Virus record (IMG/VR): IMGVR_UViG_3300044825_001572
Location: 1-64,000 of that record
Origin: a virus
Length of the DNA: 64,000 bases
Strand: one strand, 5' to 3'
Made by a program: the position numbers and the translations under genes
Notes under the pieces: model-generated
The model's database searches: none
Seen by the model: the letters and a program-made list of their open reading frames with translations, nothing else
Told to the model about the DNA's origin: nothing
Shown: piece after piece, positions 17,101 through 25,686 of the stretch
How the letters are laid out: every line of letters begins with the position of its first letter
How positions within the stretch are numbered: the stretch's first letter is position 1

Positions 17101-18877
17101 TATATCCATTAACTTGAGATATGGGTACTACATCCTTACTATTATATCCAAAAATATAAAGTTTATTTGGGTCTGCAATAGATTGAATTTTACCAATATC
17201 TAAAGGTAGCCAAGATACCTCATCCTCTTCTTCTACCAATTCTCTTGGGGGAATTATATGAGTAATATATCCAGTATCATCTCTATCAAATGAAGTTTTC
17301 TTAAATCCTATACTATTAAGTGAGGTAGCACCAAAGTTTGAGTTTGAGTTGGTGATACTCATATCAGCACCACTTTCAGTTAAGAAATGTTTTGCATAAC
17401 CAATAGCAAAAACTGATACTGCCTGAATAAAAGCATCATTAGAACACCTAATATGATAATTCTCAAATTCGGGTTTAAATATTGCTCTTGAGTTTTGATA
17501 TAATGGTCTTAGTTGACTTACTGTGGGAAGTGTAATATTATCGTAATATACTCCATTATCATAAATCAAATATGCATCATTATCTTTCTGTAGAGAAACT
17601 CCGGTAAACTGAGCCACGACCATAGATTTAAATCCATCTGCTCTCGCACCATCAGCCCACATACCACACATACCATATACTGAACGTATAGAGCAGTTGA
17701 AGATATATGGTGATGATGAACTTACAGTATCACTTTCTACAGATACTGTAGCAACATCAAAAGTATTTGAATCTGGTAATACTTCACTTGGAATTGTAGT
17801 GGTTACAAACGTAAATGTATTGATACCAACAACTTCTCTTACTGTAAATGATCCATTATATGCAGTTGGAGATTCGGTAATACCTCTAATTACAATAGGA
17901 GTATCTACTGCGAAATTATGAGGCTTTTCAATTTTACTTTGTAAGTCAGCAGTAGTTACAGTAATGACGCTATTATCACCAGTACCATCACCATTACCAG
18001 CGCGAATACTTGAAATTCCTAGAGGATTTTCTTGAAGTGGACCTACAATTCTAAATTCATTAACATTAGGCTCAAAATCTAGATTTGCTGGGAAATCTTC
18101 AATTCCTCTACCAGAAAGACTATCATATGCCCTAGCAATTTTATAATAATACATTTCTAGGTCGGTTAGGTCAGTTTGGTCTTGACCCAATCTAACCTTA
18201 TTTACACCATCGGCATAAACAAATGATGTTAATTTGTGGTGAGAGAATTTTGGAACGTGTTTAGTATCAGTATAATTTTTATATGCAAATTTTGTTATAT
18301 CTGCATCAAAGAAGGTAAATTGTGAAAAGTAGCAACTACCTGTTACATTAAAAATACTTGAAACTTCTACATCTTGACTTAATGGGTCTGGAACATATAG
18401 AGGTCTAATTTTAGTCTTTCTTAAGTCTTGACCTACTATAGAAGTACCTCTTGGTAAAATTATACCACCATTAACTGAGTTATACTTATATAAGTCATTA
18501 TTTGGATCGAATATATCAAAATTAGTATTCTCCCCAAAAGGTTGTAGACTAGATGTAGTCCAAGTATCTTTTCCAGTTCTTTTCTTATATACGGCAGATC
18601 CACTAATATTTTGTATACTATATCCAGGTCTATTATCAATATAATGTGTTCCAGAAGAAACTATAATCGTAGTTCTATCATTTCTATCGTTATTTCTTCC
18701 AGGAACATATGAGTAGAGAGCAGCCTCTAATAAACAACGCTGGAGGCTAGAAAATGGGCGGAGGGGACTAGTTCCTCTATTTTCTATACTATCTGTAGAA
18801 TCAAAGTTTGACGGGTCTACATAAAGTTGAACTCCAGTAGGATTTGAACCCAGATTTTCTAGTCTAGAGAGTGACAT
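11144..18877 (-). CDS. giant virion structural/tail-fibre protein (2577 aa) with C-terminal tail-collar domain
   Basis: Cyanophage-type N-terminus MSLSRLEN...DSTDSIENRG.S..RPF; PVGGIIMW...WQLCNG...PDLRNKFIVG...NLPPYYALAFIMRI. Confidence 0.8.
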   Translation of the reverse strand: MSLSRLENLGSNPTGVQLYVDPSNFDSTDSIENRGTSPLRPFSSLQRCLLEAALYSYVPGRNNDRNDRTTIIVSSGTHYIDNRPGYSIQNISGSAVYKKRTGKDTWTTSSLQPFGENTNFDIFDPNNDLYKYNSVNGGIILPRGTSIVGQDLRKTKIRPLYVPDPLSQDVEVSSIFNVTGSCYFSQFTFFDADITKFAYKNYTDTKHVPKFSHHKLTSFVYADGVNKVRLGQDQTDLTDLEMYYYKIARAYDSLSGRGIEDFPANLDFEPNVNEFRIVGPLQENPLGISSIRAGNGDGTGDNSVITVTTADLQSKIEKPHNFAVDTPIVIRGITESPTAYNGSFTVREVVGINTFTFVTTTIPSEVLPDSNTFDVATVSVESDTVSSSSPYIFNCSIRSVYGMCGMWADGARADGFKSMVVAQFTGVSLQKDNDAYLIYDNGVYYDNITLPTVSQLRPLYQNSRAIFKPEFENYHIRCSNDAFIQAVSVFAIGYAKHFLTESGADMSITNSNSNFGATSLNSIGFKKTSFDRDDTGYITHIIPPRELVEEEDEVSWLPLDIGKIQSIADPNKLYIFGYNSKDVVPISQVNGYRIGAREGDKLYLTITGNESQSSYSTPIYMTTPDESEGLISKKTYNVARTGIVNNISNNVLTLTGNHKLFSGEKVRIFSDNAQAPEGLEIDKVYYTITNTVDITLGINQIKLASTLNDALSGVEITSIGNNGGTISVISTVSDKIAGEFGHPIQWDEGNKSWYIFTAQSGSVNKIYDIVSTINIATFGDATPFTFIKRIQENRPIDERLYKLRYVIPKEYINAKAPQSGYILQESKNVAISTISISDGTQLLNSTELRNEKVIVNASAGSILNNKQTVTITTELPHNLIVGDVVKVQSVRSTNNPSGVGIVSSYNGDYPVLSIPSSRTFTYQLEGVKTNPGTFTNNINQRTTTQQRNALPLVSRQSYKNNFYIYRVDTIREHVPGTEGQDGIYHLIVLSSSIGISNNVGYGLSSKYFNQDIRNLYPQVDRDNPTSNPNATISYADLKVVGNVITDDKKKSLTLEVINEFNKNNRVGFGITNITISGVGNTTLTLSTDVEHKLNSIKSVNVISSGAGYPLNTTIYSANLIDVKFNEEDATCRYSTTGTGTINTNSLRLVDVGAAHTVGEQLGVQGGSVTNALVQVTEINNNIGDGLELSGFHSTDLNGIYEIIAVPNKKSVTIYVPEGVPTYTSNTNGIVPIGYIASKGVGISSMILSDLTTGITTVTTSYPHGLSIGNKFKFTKSNIEFYNNKDYIVNEVIGITTFSFSVGAGIATTTTTPSTGKILKYGINSNALNLGRGEENLSSRACYVYSGLSFTLTSSININTTSLNVDTTAGLKRGDFITIGNEIMRIAGTPTSTSFNVLRNQLGTLRISAVSGSVVRKIRVLPVETRRPSFMRASGHTFEYLGYGPGNYSTALPQRQDRVLGDIEVLNSQARREQGGSIVYTGMNDLGEFYTGSTKVSATTGEQTIVGAPILTFTGDDANGELQNSQSGLFDEVLVKSRITVEGGENNNQSSQFYGPVNFDKRVTNLSPEGMLLRNLFIRGSVSQEKLFTVGISTPTAVTIPRPTNGDISFISNPTNNYVGHIYKSNEWRQWGLISNEPNKLTFTLDKVGIGIAPSDVYPLNVAGTAQIQNLRVTGGVVFTQAFNLGDVKFEDVDVYGTMTFLGINPSTGIATNYTQIHERGTSKFNQIETVGVSSFYKDVYINKKNEFGVAPTLYADKIDLANIRVGIAGSNIIDNKFNDLTISSVTGNTIINNSLSVVNGNVAITTNRVPGISTAYITDSRILRLGVGNTNQSSYIDLNNDTSTFDYGLRLIRNSGVGSQSSSIIHRGTTPLFINAIDNGGDVRILSNNTERLRIGTSGTITVFQNNSGENLRGAHLRLTQSGSGDVALSWDTTFNNINRRWYAGIDTSDGYSWKLATPLTTVSYNNENFDTDVKIRVDVNGNLALTSSSGITTINGSNIITNQSTFNLLNSQVQTVNAFGNASTINLAASTNTSKVSINGTTQSTTTSTGALVVSGGVGVAKNLRIGETLFTTKIDSSTSITEINSRFELKGEVEAINLDGIKSPKFVATNPESLVLSGTLTYKMLRADGTQDFITSREIVNALGYTPVNTTSVGNATITLSSGNGISITNGSFTTNQASNGTVTISHADTSSQVSVDNSNGTVIQDITLDTYGHITAIGSVDLDGRYYTESESDARFLSRSTNVWITSSDGKNRLNFTNNGRTYFGSADGLYTWRNASDQDSMALSNGGILYVPRVETSDSSDGIRVANGGDIRLYNTNNGGNVNLYCDTSGTLTVGGNLYASSLISGGTGDGVVLYNGGDIRLYNTNNGGNVNLYCDSGNTLTVGGNVSATAFSGNGTIPVGGIIMWSGSTTPPGWQLCNGSTISSGTLAGQNTPDLRNKFIVGVDSITKSGLTAQTGSSPYDPGDVGGSANAVVVSHQHTGTTSFEGAHRHGYVYATGAAIDGNGTTDHLNQGDINELEQQGSPQGQRLRKYFASTSENGSHSHSFTTSLEGESGINKNLPPYYALAFIMRIL

Positions 18878-18930
18878 TTATATTAAGATACTAGTCTACA
18901 TATGTTCTATTTAGTAAGTAAAATAGTATT

Positions 18931-18955
18931 AAAAAAGAGACCCATAAGGTCTCTA
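18931..18955 (-). terminator. intrinsic terminator
   Basis: AGAGACC-TTATG-GGTCTCT-TTTTT. Confidence 0.75.
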
Positions 18956-18958
18956 AAA

Positions 18959-19132
18959 TCAAACAAAATCTGGAACAATTTCTCCTCGAAGTTCAGCTAG
19001 CTTTGCTGTTGCTAGACTTTCAACTACAGTCCAATATAGCTCACCACTCATCATATTTTCATCCGTAAATGAAGCTGCTACATCCTCTTGTAGTCCAGTT
19101 AGCTCATTTAGAAGTTCTTTAGAAATTTGCAT
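18959..19132 (-). CDS. 57-aa hypothetical, monocistronic (start trimmed to MQISKE)
   Basis: Flanked by own promoter and terminator. Confidence 0.65.
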   Translation of the reverse strand: MQISKELLNELTGLQEDVAASFTDENMMSGELYWTVVESLATAKLAELRGEIVPDFV

Positions 19133-19155
19133 AAAGTAATTTCGATGACCCAATT

Positions 19156-19184
19156 AGTCTACCATAGGTACGACAGGCTGTCAA
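19156..19184 (-). promoter_or_regulatory. sigma70-like promoter
   Basis: TTGACA N17 TAGACT. Confidence 0.7.
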
Positions 19185-19384
19185 GTGTCCTGAATTAGAG
19201 AAATTTAACTTCTCAAGAATTAACATCTACAGAGTATGTCAATTATGAATGTGGAGTGGAATTAAGTCTAAATGGTGGTGTTTACAATTTAGAATCTGCT
19301 ATGAAGTTTCTAGAAAATCAATAGAATTTTATTGACTTTTATTACTATCAATATGGTGTTGACCTTTTGGATATCTTATTTCTT

Positions 19385-20677
19385 TCATCTCGTTAGTGCC
19401 TGGAGTTGAGCATTTGGAAGTCGTTTTGGGAAATATGTCACTCTAGAAACTGTACCGTTTAAAGGAGAATCGAACGACCAAGGTGAGGAACCAATTGTCA
19501 ATCTATTAATAGTTTTAGGAAATCCAAATATAGTGTTTCCTTCAAAACTAAGCGATCTATTGAATATGTTTCTTACAGGTTCGTCATTAACACACGCAGA
19601 GGCTGTAGGTTCTGCTGTAGTATAACCTAAAATTCCTTTAACTTCCTTATTTGAAGTGTAATTACCTAAAGAACTTATTCCTGTTAGAGGAGACCAAGCT
19701 ACTACTACTGGATTTGATCCCACATTAAAATAAAGTGATGAAAGAAATCCAATCCTACTATCAGCTAAACCTCCAAATAATTTCGCTACATTTGGAGTTG
19801 CTAAAGTTCTACCTGAAAAAAATATTGTAGATTCAAGTTGACTGTAAAAACTAGAAAAATTATTATCAACTATTGAGGCTCTATCTGCGGATCTAGTTCT
19901 TGTGGAACCTACAGTTGGTATGTAGGATGTTGGGAAGGTTCCCAATTCTACTTGAGCACCAAAAACTTGAAATATTTGTCTAACGGCATTTGGTACAACC
20001 ACGACACTTTCAGCAAGTTCTCCATTTTGATCTGCACTTGCAGTCATAGAAAGGCGATACCATCCATCAGAAAATTTCTGAATAGTTTTATTTATTATTG
20101 TCCCTGTAGAATCGACCGCAGTTAATCTCGATAAATTATATCTCACTTGTCTTTGAGTGGTCCATGCTCTATCTGTACCAGTCCAAAAACGTAGATAAAT
20201 ATCATCTTCTGGAATAGTAATACTCTTAAAAAATATGCTAAAAGTTACTGTTTGTCCTGCAGTTACAGATATTGGATTAGTATTATGGAAAATATAATCT
20301 GATCCTAGGCTGGTTGTTATTTTTTCATTATAACCAGTTCCAGTAGGTCCTCCAGTAGTTATAGTAGTACTCGATAATCTTATATTATTATATTCATTCA
20401 AACTCTCACTTCTTCTAGATAAATTACTTCTACTCTCTTCAATAAGTAACCCTAAACTTTCACCTGTATCTGGGTTATGATCGAATCTTGCTTCATTCAC
20501 TCCAGCGTATTTAATAAGACCATCAGCACCTACATAAGATCCACCAGAAGCTCTAGTGAAAGTAATTCTAGGATCTAAGGTTTTTGTTCTTGCAAAATTT
20601 AAATCCAGAGTTGGTCTAACTTCTGGATAATTTAAATCTGTAGTAGTTGCAGAAAGAAGAAATTGATCGATACTCAT
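19385..20677 (-). CDS. adhesin-like virion protein, paralog 1 (carbohydrate-binding/LamG-like domains)
   Basis: TLDPRITFTRAS...LGLLIEESR; GAQVE.G.FPTSYIPT; C-terminal TYFPKRL. Confidence 0.75.
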   Translation of the reverse strand: MSIDQFLLSATTTDLNYPEVRPTLDLNFARTKTLDPRITFTRASGGSYVGADGLIKYAGVNEARFDHNPDTGESLGLLIEESRSNLSRRSESLNEYNNIRLSSTTITTGGPTGTGYNEKITTSLGSDYIFHNTNPISVTAGQTVTFSIFFKSITIPEDDIYLRFWTGTDRAWTTQRQVRYNLSRLTAVDSTGTIINKTIQKFSDGWYRLSMTASADQNGELAESVVVVPNAVRQIFQVFGAQVELGTFPTSYIPTVGSTRTRSADRASIVDNNFSSFYSQLESTIFFSGRTLATPNVAKLFGGLADSRIGFLSSLYFNVGSNPVVVAWSPLTGISSLGNYTSNKEVKGILGYTTAEPTASACVNDEPVRNIFNRSLSFEGNTIFGFPKTINRLTIGSSPWSFDSPLNGTVSRVTYFPKRLPNAQLQALTR

Positions 20678-20681
20678 AATA

Positions 20682-21086
20682 TCAAGTTGTAGTTATGCTA
20701 TATCTCCATCCAGATGGAGTTCTAATGTATAGACGATTATTTAAGGTATCAAAAATTAATGGTGCTTCTCCAGGAGGAATTGCAGAAGTGACTCCTGTGG
20801 GTGGTCCAGAACAAGTTGGAATACATAAGAATCCTTCAGTAGCAGTAGTTGCTAATGATGTACCTGATCCTACAAATATATTTCCACCATTAGGTTGAAG
20901 AGTTAAGTTGGTGAAAGGATTTGTGGTTCCTGATACTGGAAAGTTATCAATCGTTGTTGTACTTGCAACACCAACAGGAGATTGTATAGATCTTACAGTA
21001 ATTCCAGAACTATTTTGAAATGCTAGTTCCCCAAGCATTCCATTGGTGCTCAACTGGTTTATTCCCGATCCAATGAGGCTCGCCAT
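20682..21086 (-). CDS. 134-aa mini fibre/adaptor protein
   Basis: N-terminal GINQLSTNGMLGELAFQ motif; C-terminal FDTLNNRLYI....WR. Confidence 0.65.
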   Translation of the reverse strand: MASLIGSGINQLSTNGMLGELAFQNSSGITVRSIQSPVGVASTTTIDNFPVSGTTNPFTNLTLQPNGGNIFVGSGTSLATTATEGFLCIPTCSGPPTGVTSAIPPGEAPLIFDTLNNRLYIRTPSGWRYSITTT

Positions 21087-21112
21087 ATTACTTAAACTTT
21101 ATTAGTTATTTA

Positions 21113-21478
21113 TTAGAAGAAAGTCCTTTGTGGATTTTGTGGAGTTACAAGATAAGGCTCCAATTCAGTTGGAAGTGGAATTTCTGGTTTATTACCATAA
21201 ATCGTTCTATAATTGTAATGATATCCATCAATTTGAGTTGGTGGAGTAACTACAGTCATCTCACCAGTTTCTGGATTAGTTTCATAAACTCCATCATCAT
21301 TATAAAGAACTCCAACTTCATCGATTGCGAAAATTTCAGTTTGAGTAGTGACTTCTAATGTGTCCAGAGGTTCATTAGTTTCTGGATCATATGGAGTATA
21401 TGTGTGCTCTGGGATTGTGGAGAACACTTGGAGTGCTTCTTCTTTGGAAGCAAACTTAAGGAAATAATCTGTTATCAT
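21113..21478 (-). CDS. small adhesin-associated protein 1
   Basis: YFLKF..KEEA...ID.VG.LY...PPT..DGYH.N...VTP.NP.R.F; paralog of 26990..27313. Confidence 0.7.
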   Translation of the reverse strand: MITDYFLKFASKEEALQVFSTIPEHTYTPYDPETNEPLDTLEVTTQTEIFAIDEVGVLYNDDGVYETNPETGEMTVVTPPTQIDGYHYNYRTIYGNKPEIPLPTELEPYLVTPQNPQRTFF

Positions 21479-21494
21479 GATGTTTTTGTTTTAT

Positions 21495-22808
21495 TTATGA
21501 TGTGAGTGAGATTAATTGAGAATTGGGAAGACGTTTGGGGTAGTATGTGAGGCGGCGGATGGTTCCGTTATAATAAAATTGAGTTCCACTAACCGGAATT
21601 CTTGTTCCTATATCCATTCTTGTCATAGGAATAAAAACAAAACTTTGAGGAGAACTTCTAACTAATCCATTAAACGCCGCTGCTATTTCATTCTTACCAT
21701 AGGTTCCAGCAAGTTTAATATTATCTTGTATTGTGTAAAATGTATCACTAATAACAGAACTTGTACCACTATCAGTTCTAGTTTGAAAGGTTGCGGCATA
21801 ATTAGTAGATGCCCGAGTATCAAGATTTGGACCAATTCCTCTTAAATTATCTCCATACTGTATTCGAAATGGAGTTTGATTACTATATTCCCTAGAATTT
21901 ACTTTACAATTAACATATATGGTTCCTTCACTATCTTGCCTATAAAAATCACTAAAGTTCTTACCAGTTATTGATGCATTATCTGCGGCACGGGTTCTTG
22001 TGGATGCTTGTGTTGGTATATAGGATGTTGGGAATGAACCTTGTTCTAGTTGAGCGCCCCATAGGTAGATTCCACTTGTACCATCTCCAATATAAGTTGT
22101 ACTTCTATTAATTAACTGTATTCTAACTCTTAAATCAGTAACACTAGATGTACTGGGAGTTCCAGAAATAGAAAGACAAAACCATCCATTAGGTAAAGGA
22201 ACTATTGAGGAATTTGATATAGAACCTGTACCTCCAGTTCCAGTAGATATTACACTTACACTATCAATATCAAATGTTGTACCAATTCTATCAACATTAC
22301 TGTTTGAAAATAGCACTAAATTGATAAGTCTAACTCCAGAAAGTCTTTTTACATAAATTGACAAAGTTAATGGAACATTTGCTGCTTGAGATATTGTAGT
22401 TCTATCTAAATAATGATCTTGTAATCCACTAGATGAGGGTCTTTCAATAAAAGAGTCTGCAGTTAAAGATCCATCGGGTGCAACAGAAGAATTTAAAATA
22501 ATTGGAGAAGATGCTTTTATATTCCAAGCATTTTGTGCATTTTCACTCCAAGTAAATAAATTAGTCCTACTCTCCTCAATAAGTAACCCTAAACTCTCAC
22601 CAGTAACAGGATCGTGGTCAAATCTAGGTTCATTAACTCCAGCATACTTAATCAATCCATCAGCACCTACATAAGAACCACCAGATGCTCTAGTAAAAGT
22701 AATTCTAGGATCTAAAGTTTTACTATTAGCAAAGTCTAAGTCTAAGGTAGGTAAGACCTTTGGATAGTCTAATTCTGCACTGGTGTTAAATACTTGTTTA
22801 ACTGTCAT
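21495..22808 (-). CDS. adhesin-like virion protein, paralog 2
   Basis: Same three conserved blocks. Confidence 0.75.
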   Translation of the reverse strand: MTVKQVFNTSAELDYPKVLPTLDLDFANSKTLDPRITFTRASGGSYVGADGLIKYAGVNEPRFDHDPVTGESLGLLIEESRTNLFTWSENAQNAWNIKASSPIILNSSVAPDGSLTADSFIERPSSSGLQDHYLDRTTISQAANVPLTLSIYVKRLSGVRLINLVLFSNSNVDRIGTTFDIDSVSVISTGTGGTGSISNSSIVPLPNGWFCLSISGTPSTSSVTDLRVRIQLINRSTTYIGDGTSGIYLWGAQLEQGSFPTSYIPTQASTRTRAADNASITGKNFSDFYRQDSEGTIYVNCKVNSREYSNQTPFRIQYGDNLRGIGPNLDTRASTNYAATFQTRTDSGTSSVISDTFYTIQDNIKLAGTYGKNEIAAAFNGLVRSSPQSFVFIPMTRMDIGTRIPVSGTQFYYNGTIRRLTYYPKRLPNSQLISLTS

Positions 22809-22818
22809 TTTTTCCTCC

Positions 22819-25635
22819 TTATACAGTAATTCCAGTTCTTACCCACTTAATCGTATTATTACGATATGTAGGTGTGATCAATAATCGAGCATTAGTACCA
22901 CTAATATCAGCACCAAAAGTACCTAAAATTTCATTATTAGCAATCGTTGCGTATTCCATATAATCACAAGCAGTGGAAGCAGAACCTACAGATTGCATAA
23001 TCATTACATCAGTACTTTGGTAATTTCTTACCACATTAATTGCAATAAAACTAAATCCAGAACCAAGAGTTCCTAATGTAGCACTTAAACTATTTCCTGA
23101 GACATATCCACTTCCTGGTGATACAATTTCAACATAAGAAACTCCTCCCGCTTTAGTCATCGTATTACCAACCCCAGCAAATGTAGTAGTTCCAATTCCA
23201 GTAACTTGTGATGTACCATTAGAGTTATTATAAAGTTGTAAAGTAGTTGTTCCAACACCAACAGCATAGTAAATATTTCCGGCAGTAACGGCAAAACCAG
23301 TAAAACCACTATTTGGAATACTAGAAGCAAATGATACTGCAATTGTTCCTATCCCTGATGGTAGACCGTGAGCATCAGTAGTTACTAATAAATCTGTTGC
23401 ACTTGTAAATCCAACTAAATTAAATGATAATCCAATACCAATATTTGCTCGTGCATCATTTCCAGAACCACCAGTAAGTGCTACGTTTGTATAAGTTGCT
23501 TCAGTATATCCAGCACCAGCAACAATTGTTCCAACTGATGTAAATGCTGTAGTCATTCCAGCAGTTACTAATTGACCAGTACAAGCAATTGATACTTGAT
23601 ACCTTGCAGTTTGGAATGTTGCTGTTGCTAAATTATCTACGACCTGATTTTCAGTTGTTGCTGTAGTAGTAAGAATTCCAGAAGTTTGAGAACCAACTAC
23701 TCCAGTATCATAAGTTGTAGATGTAGTAACACCAGTATTGTTTATTGTGGTACTTCTTACATTAGTAATTGTAGAAATACCTGTATAATTTAAATTAGTT
23801 CCTGAAATATTTGTTACTGTTCCTGTAGTAGAATTTAATGTTGTTATGGTTCCAACACCAGTATTATTAAGAGTTGTACTTCTTACATTAGTAATTGTAG
23901 AAATACCTGTATAATTTAAATTAGTTCCTGAAATATTTGTTATAGTTCCAGTAGTACTATTGAGTGTTGTAATAGTTCCAACACCAGTATAGTTCAAATT
24001 TGTTCCAGATATATTAGTAACTATTCCAGTAACAATATTTCCATTTGTAAAATTTCCTGTTGTATAAGTTGCCGTAGTTCCACTTATTGTAGTTGCAGTA
24101 TTAACTCCAGAAGAGTTTAAGTTTCCATTAAGATTTCCATTAAAAGTAGTTGCTGTAACTACTCCAGATATTAAAGCATTTCCAACGATTTGTAATTTTT
24201 GAGTTGGATTGGTAGTTCCAATTCCCAAATCACCTAAAGAATCAACAACTAAAACATTAGTATTAAATGCCGAATTAATTTGTATTGGTTGAATTGGATT
24301 AGTCGTTGCAATTCCAACAAAACCAGAGGAATTTACAGTTACATCATCTTCACCTCCACCTTCTCTTCGTAATCCATTAGCACTAAAATCATCAAGGAAT
24401 GCTAATTGACCTAGGAATTGATTGAGTGGAACCTGTGATGCACCATAACCAACATCCGCTTGTGTTACTACATTCCAGTAAGTTCCATTAAAGAGTTCGG
24501 TAATTGTTCCACCAACTGCTAATGTTGAACCTGGAATAGTAGAGTTAATTCCTACAAATCCACCAGTAGTTGTAGTAATTATGGTTCCACCAGTTCCAAC
24601 ATTTAATCTTGTAGTTGTTGTTACTCCAGAAGTATTAATGTTGGTGTTAGAAATATTTGTTATAGTTCCAGTAGTACTATTAAGTGTTGTTATAGTTCCA
24701 ACACCAGTATAAGAAACATTAGTACCTGAAAGATTTGTTATAGTTCCTGTGGTGGAATTTAGTGTAGTTATAGTACCAACACCAGTATTATTAAGAGTTG
24801 TACTTCTTACATTAGTAATTGTAGAAATACCTGTATAATTTAAATTAGTTCCTGAAATATTAGTAACTACTCCAGTAACAATATTTCCATTTGTGAAGTT
24901 TCCTGTCGTATAAGTTGCAGTTGTACCGCTAATCGTAGTTGCAGTATTAACTCCAGAAGAGTTTAAGTTTCCAGTTATATTACCAACAAAAGTTGCAGTT
25001 ATAATACCAGCACTAAAACCACCAGAAGCATTTCTTGCAACTATTGTGGAGTTGGTATTATCACTTGTAGCATTAGAGGTTACTGTAAATGTTGAGTTTC
25101 CAGATTGGTTTGCTGTAAATGTTGCAGAGCCAGAAAGACCAGTCCCAGAAACTCCTAAAGTTAAAGTTCCATTATTTGGTGCAACTGTTGATACTCCAGT
25201 AACAAGACCTTTAGCATTTACAGTTACTACTGGAATAGCACCAGTTCCACCATAGGTTCCTATATTACTATTGACTGTTGCAAGAGTTGTTGTTGTGTTA
25301 TTTGAAGTTACATCACCAGAAAGATTTGGAATATTAGTGGTTGATGTTGCGGTTCCACTAAATGTTGTTGATGTAATAACTCCAGTTACATTAATATTAG
25401 AAAATGTTGCAATACCAGTTACATTTAAATCATTAAATGTATTTGGAGCATTTTGAATTGCTGATTCAATCGTAGAGGTTGTGATAGCATCTAGTGAAGT
25501 AATGTTCCTAAGCTGCCTAGAAGAACTTATAACTTCTGTATTACCAATACTTACTGATGTTACTGTTGTGATACCAGCATTTATGATATTTCTACTATCA
25601 TCAATAATAGTAGAATTTTGAATTTTAATTGCCAT
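22819..25635 (-). CDS. Thr/Gly-rich tail fibre (938 aa)
   Basis: GIGTTNP and TGVGTITTLNST repeats; QVPLNQFLGQLAF motif. Confidence 0.75.
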   Translation of the reverse strand: MAIKIQNSTIIDDSRNIINAGITTVTSVSIGNTEVISSSRQLRNITSLDAITTSTIESAIQNAPNTFNDLNVTGIATFSNINVTGVITSTTFSGTATSTTNIPNLSGDVTSNNTTTTLATVNSNIGTYGGTGAIPVVTVNAKGLVTGVSTVAPNNGTLTLGVSGTGLSGSATFTANQSGNSTFTVTSNATSDNTNSTIVARNASGGFSAGIITATFVGNITGNLNSSGVNTATTISGTTATYTTGNFTNGNIVTGVVTNISGTNLNYTGISTITNVRSTTLNNTGVGTITTLNSTTGTITNLSGTNVSYTGVGTITTLNSTTGTITNISNTNINTSGVTTTTRLNVGTGGTIITTTTGGFVGINSTIPGSTLAVGGTITELFNGTYWNVVTQADVGYGASQVPLNQFLGQLAFLDDFSANGLRREGGGEDDVTVNSSGFVGIATTNPIQPIQINSAFNTNVLVVDSLGDLGIGTTNPTQKLQIVGNALISGVVTATTFNGNLNGNLNSSGVNTATTISGTTATYTTGNFTNGNIVTGIVTNISGTNLNYTGVGTITTLNSTTGTITNISGTNLNYTGISTITNVRSTTLNNTGVGTITTLNSTTGTVTNISGTNLNYTGISTITNVRSTTINNTGVTTSTTYDTGVVGSQTSGILTTTATTENQVVDNLATATFQTARYQVSIACTGQLVTAGMTTAFTSVGTIVAGAGYTEATYTNVALTGGSGNDARANIGIGLSFNLVGFTSATDLLVTTDAHGLPSGIGTIAVSFASSIPNSGFTGFAVTAGNIYYAVGVGTTTLQLYNNSNGTSQVTGIGTTTFAGVGNTMTKAGGVSYVEIVSPGSGYVSGNSLSATLGTLGSGFSFIAINVVRNYQSTDVMIMQSVGSASTACDYMEYATIANNEILGTFGADISGTNARLLITPTYRNNTIKWVRTGITV

Positions 25636-25686
25636 TTGGTTCTACCGTCCTCGTATTACACTAGGTAGTTCTTATTATTTAGTTGT

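Noticed and set aside
19190-19384. Possible + strand ORF remnant (...YVNYECGVELSLNGGVYNLESAMKFLENQ)
   Set aside because: No credible start or recognisable family; cannot be supported.
23750-24960. CRISPR-like repeat array
   Set aside because: Repeats are in-frame coding units of the fibre with no unique spacers and no cas genes.
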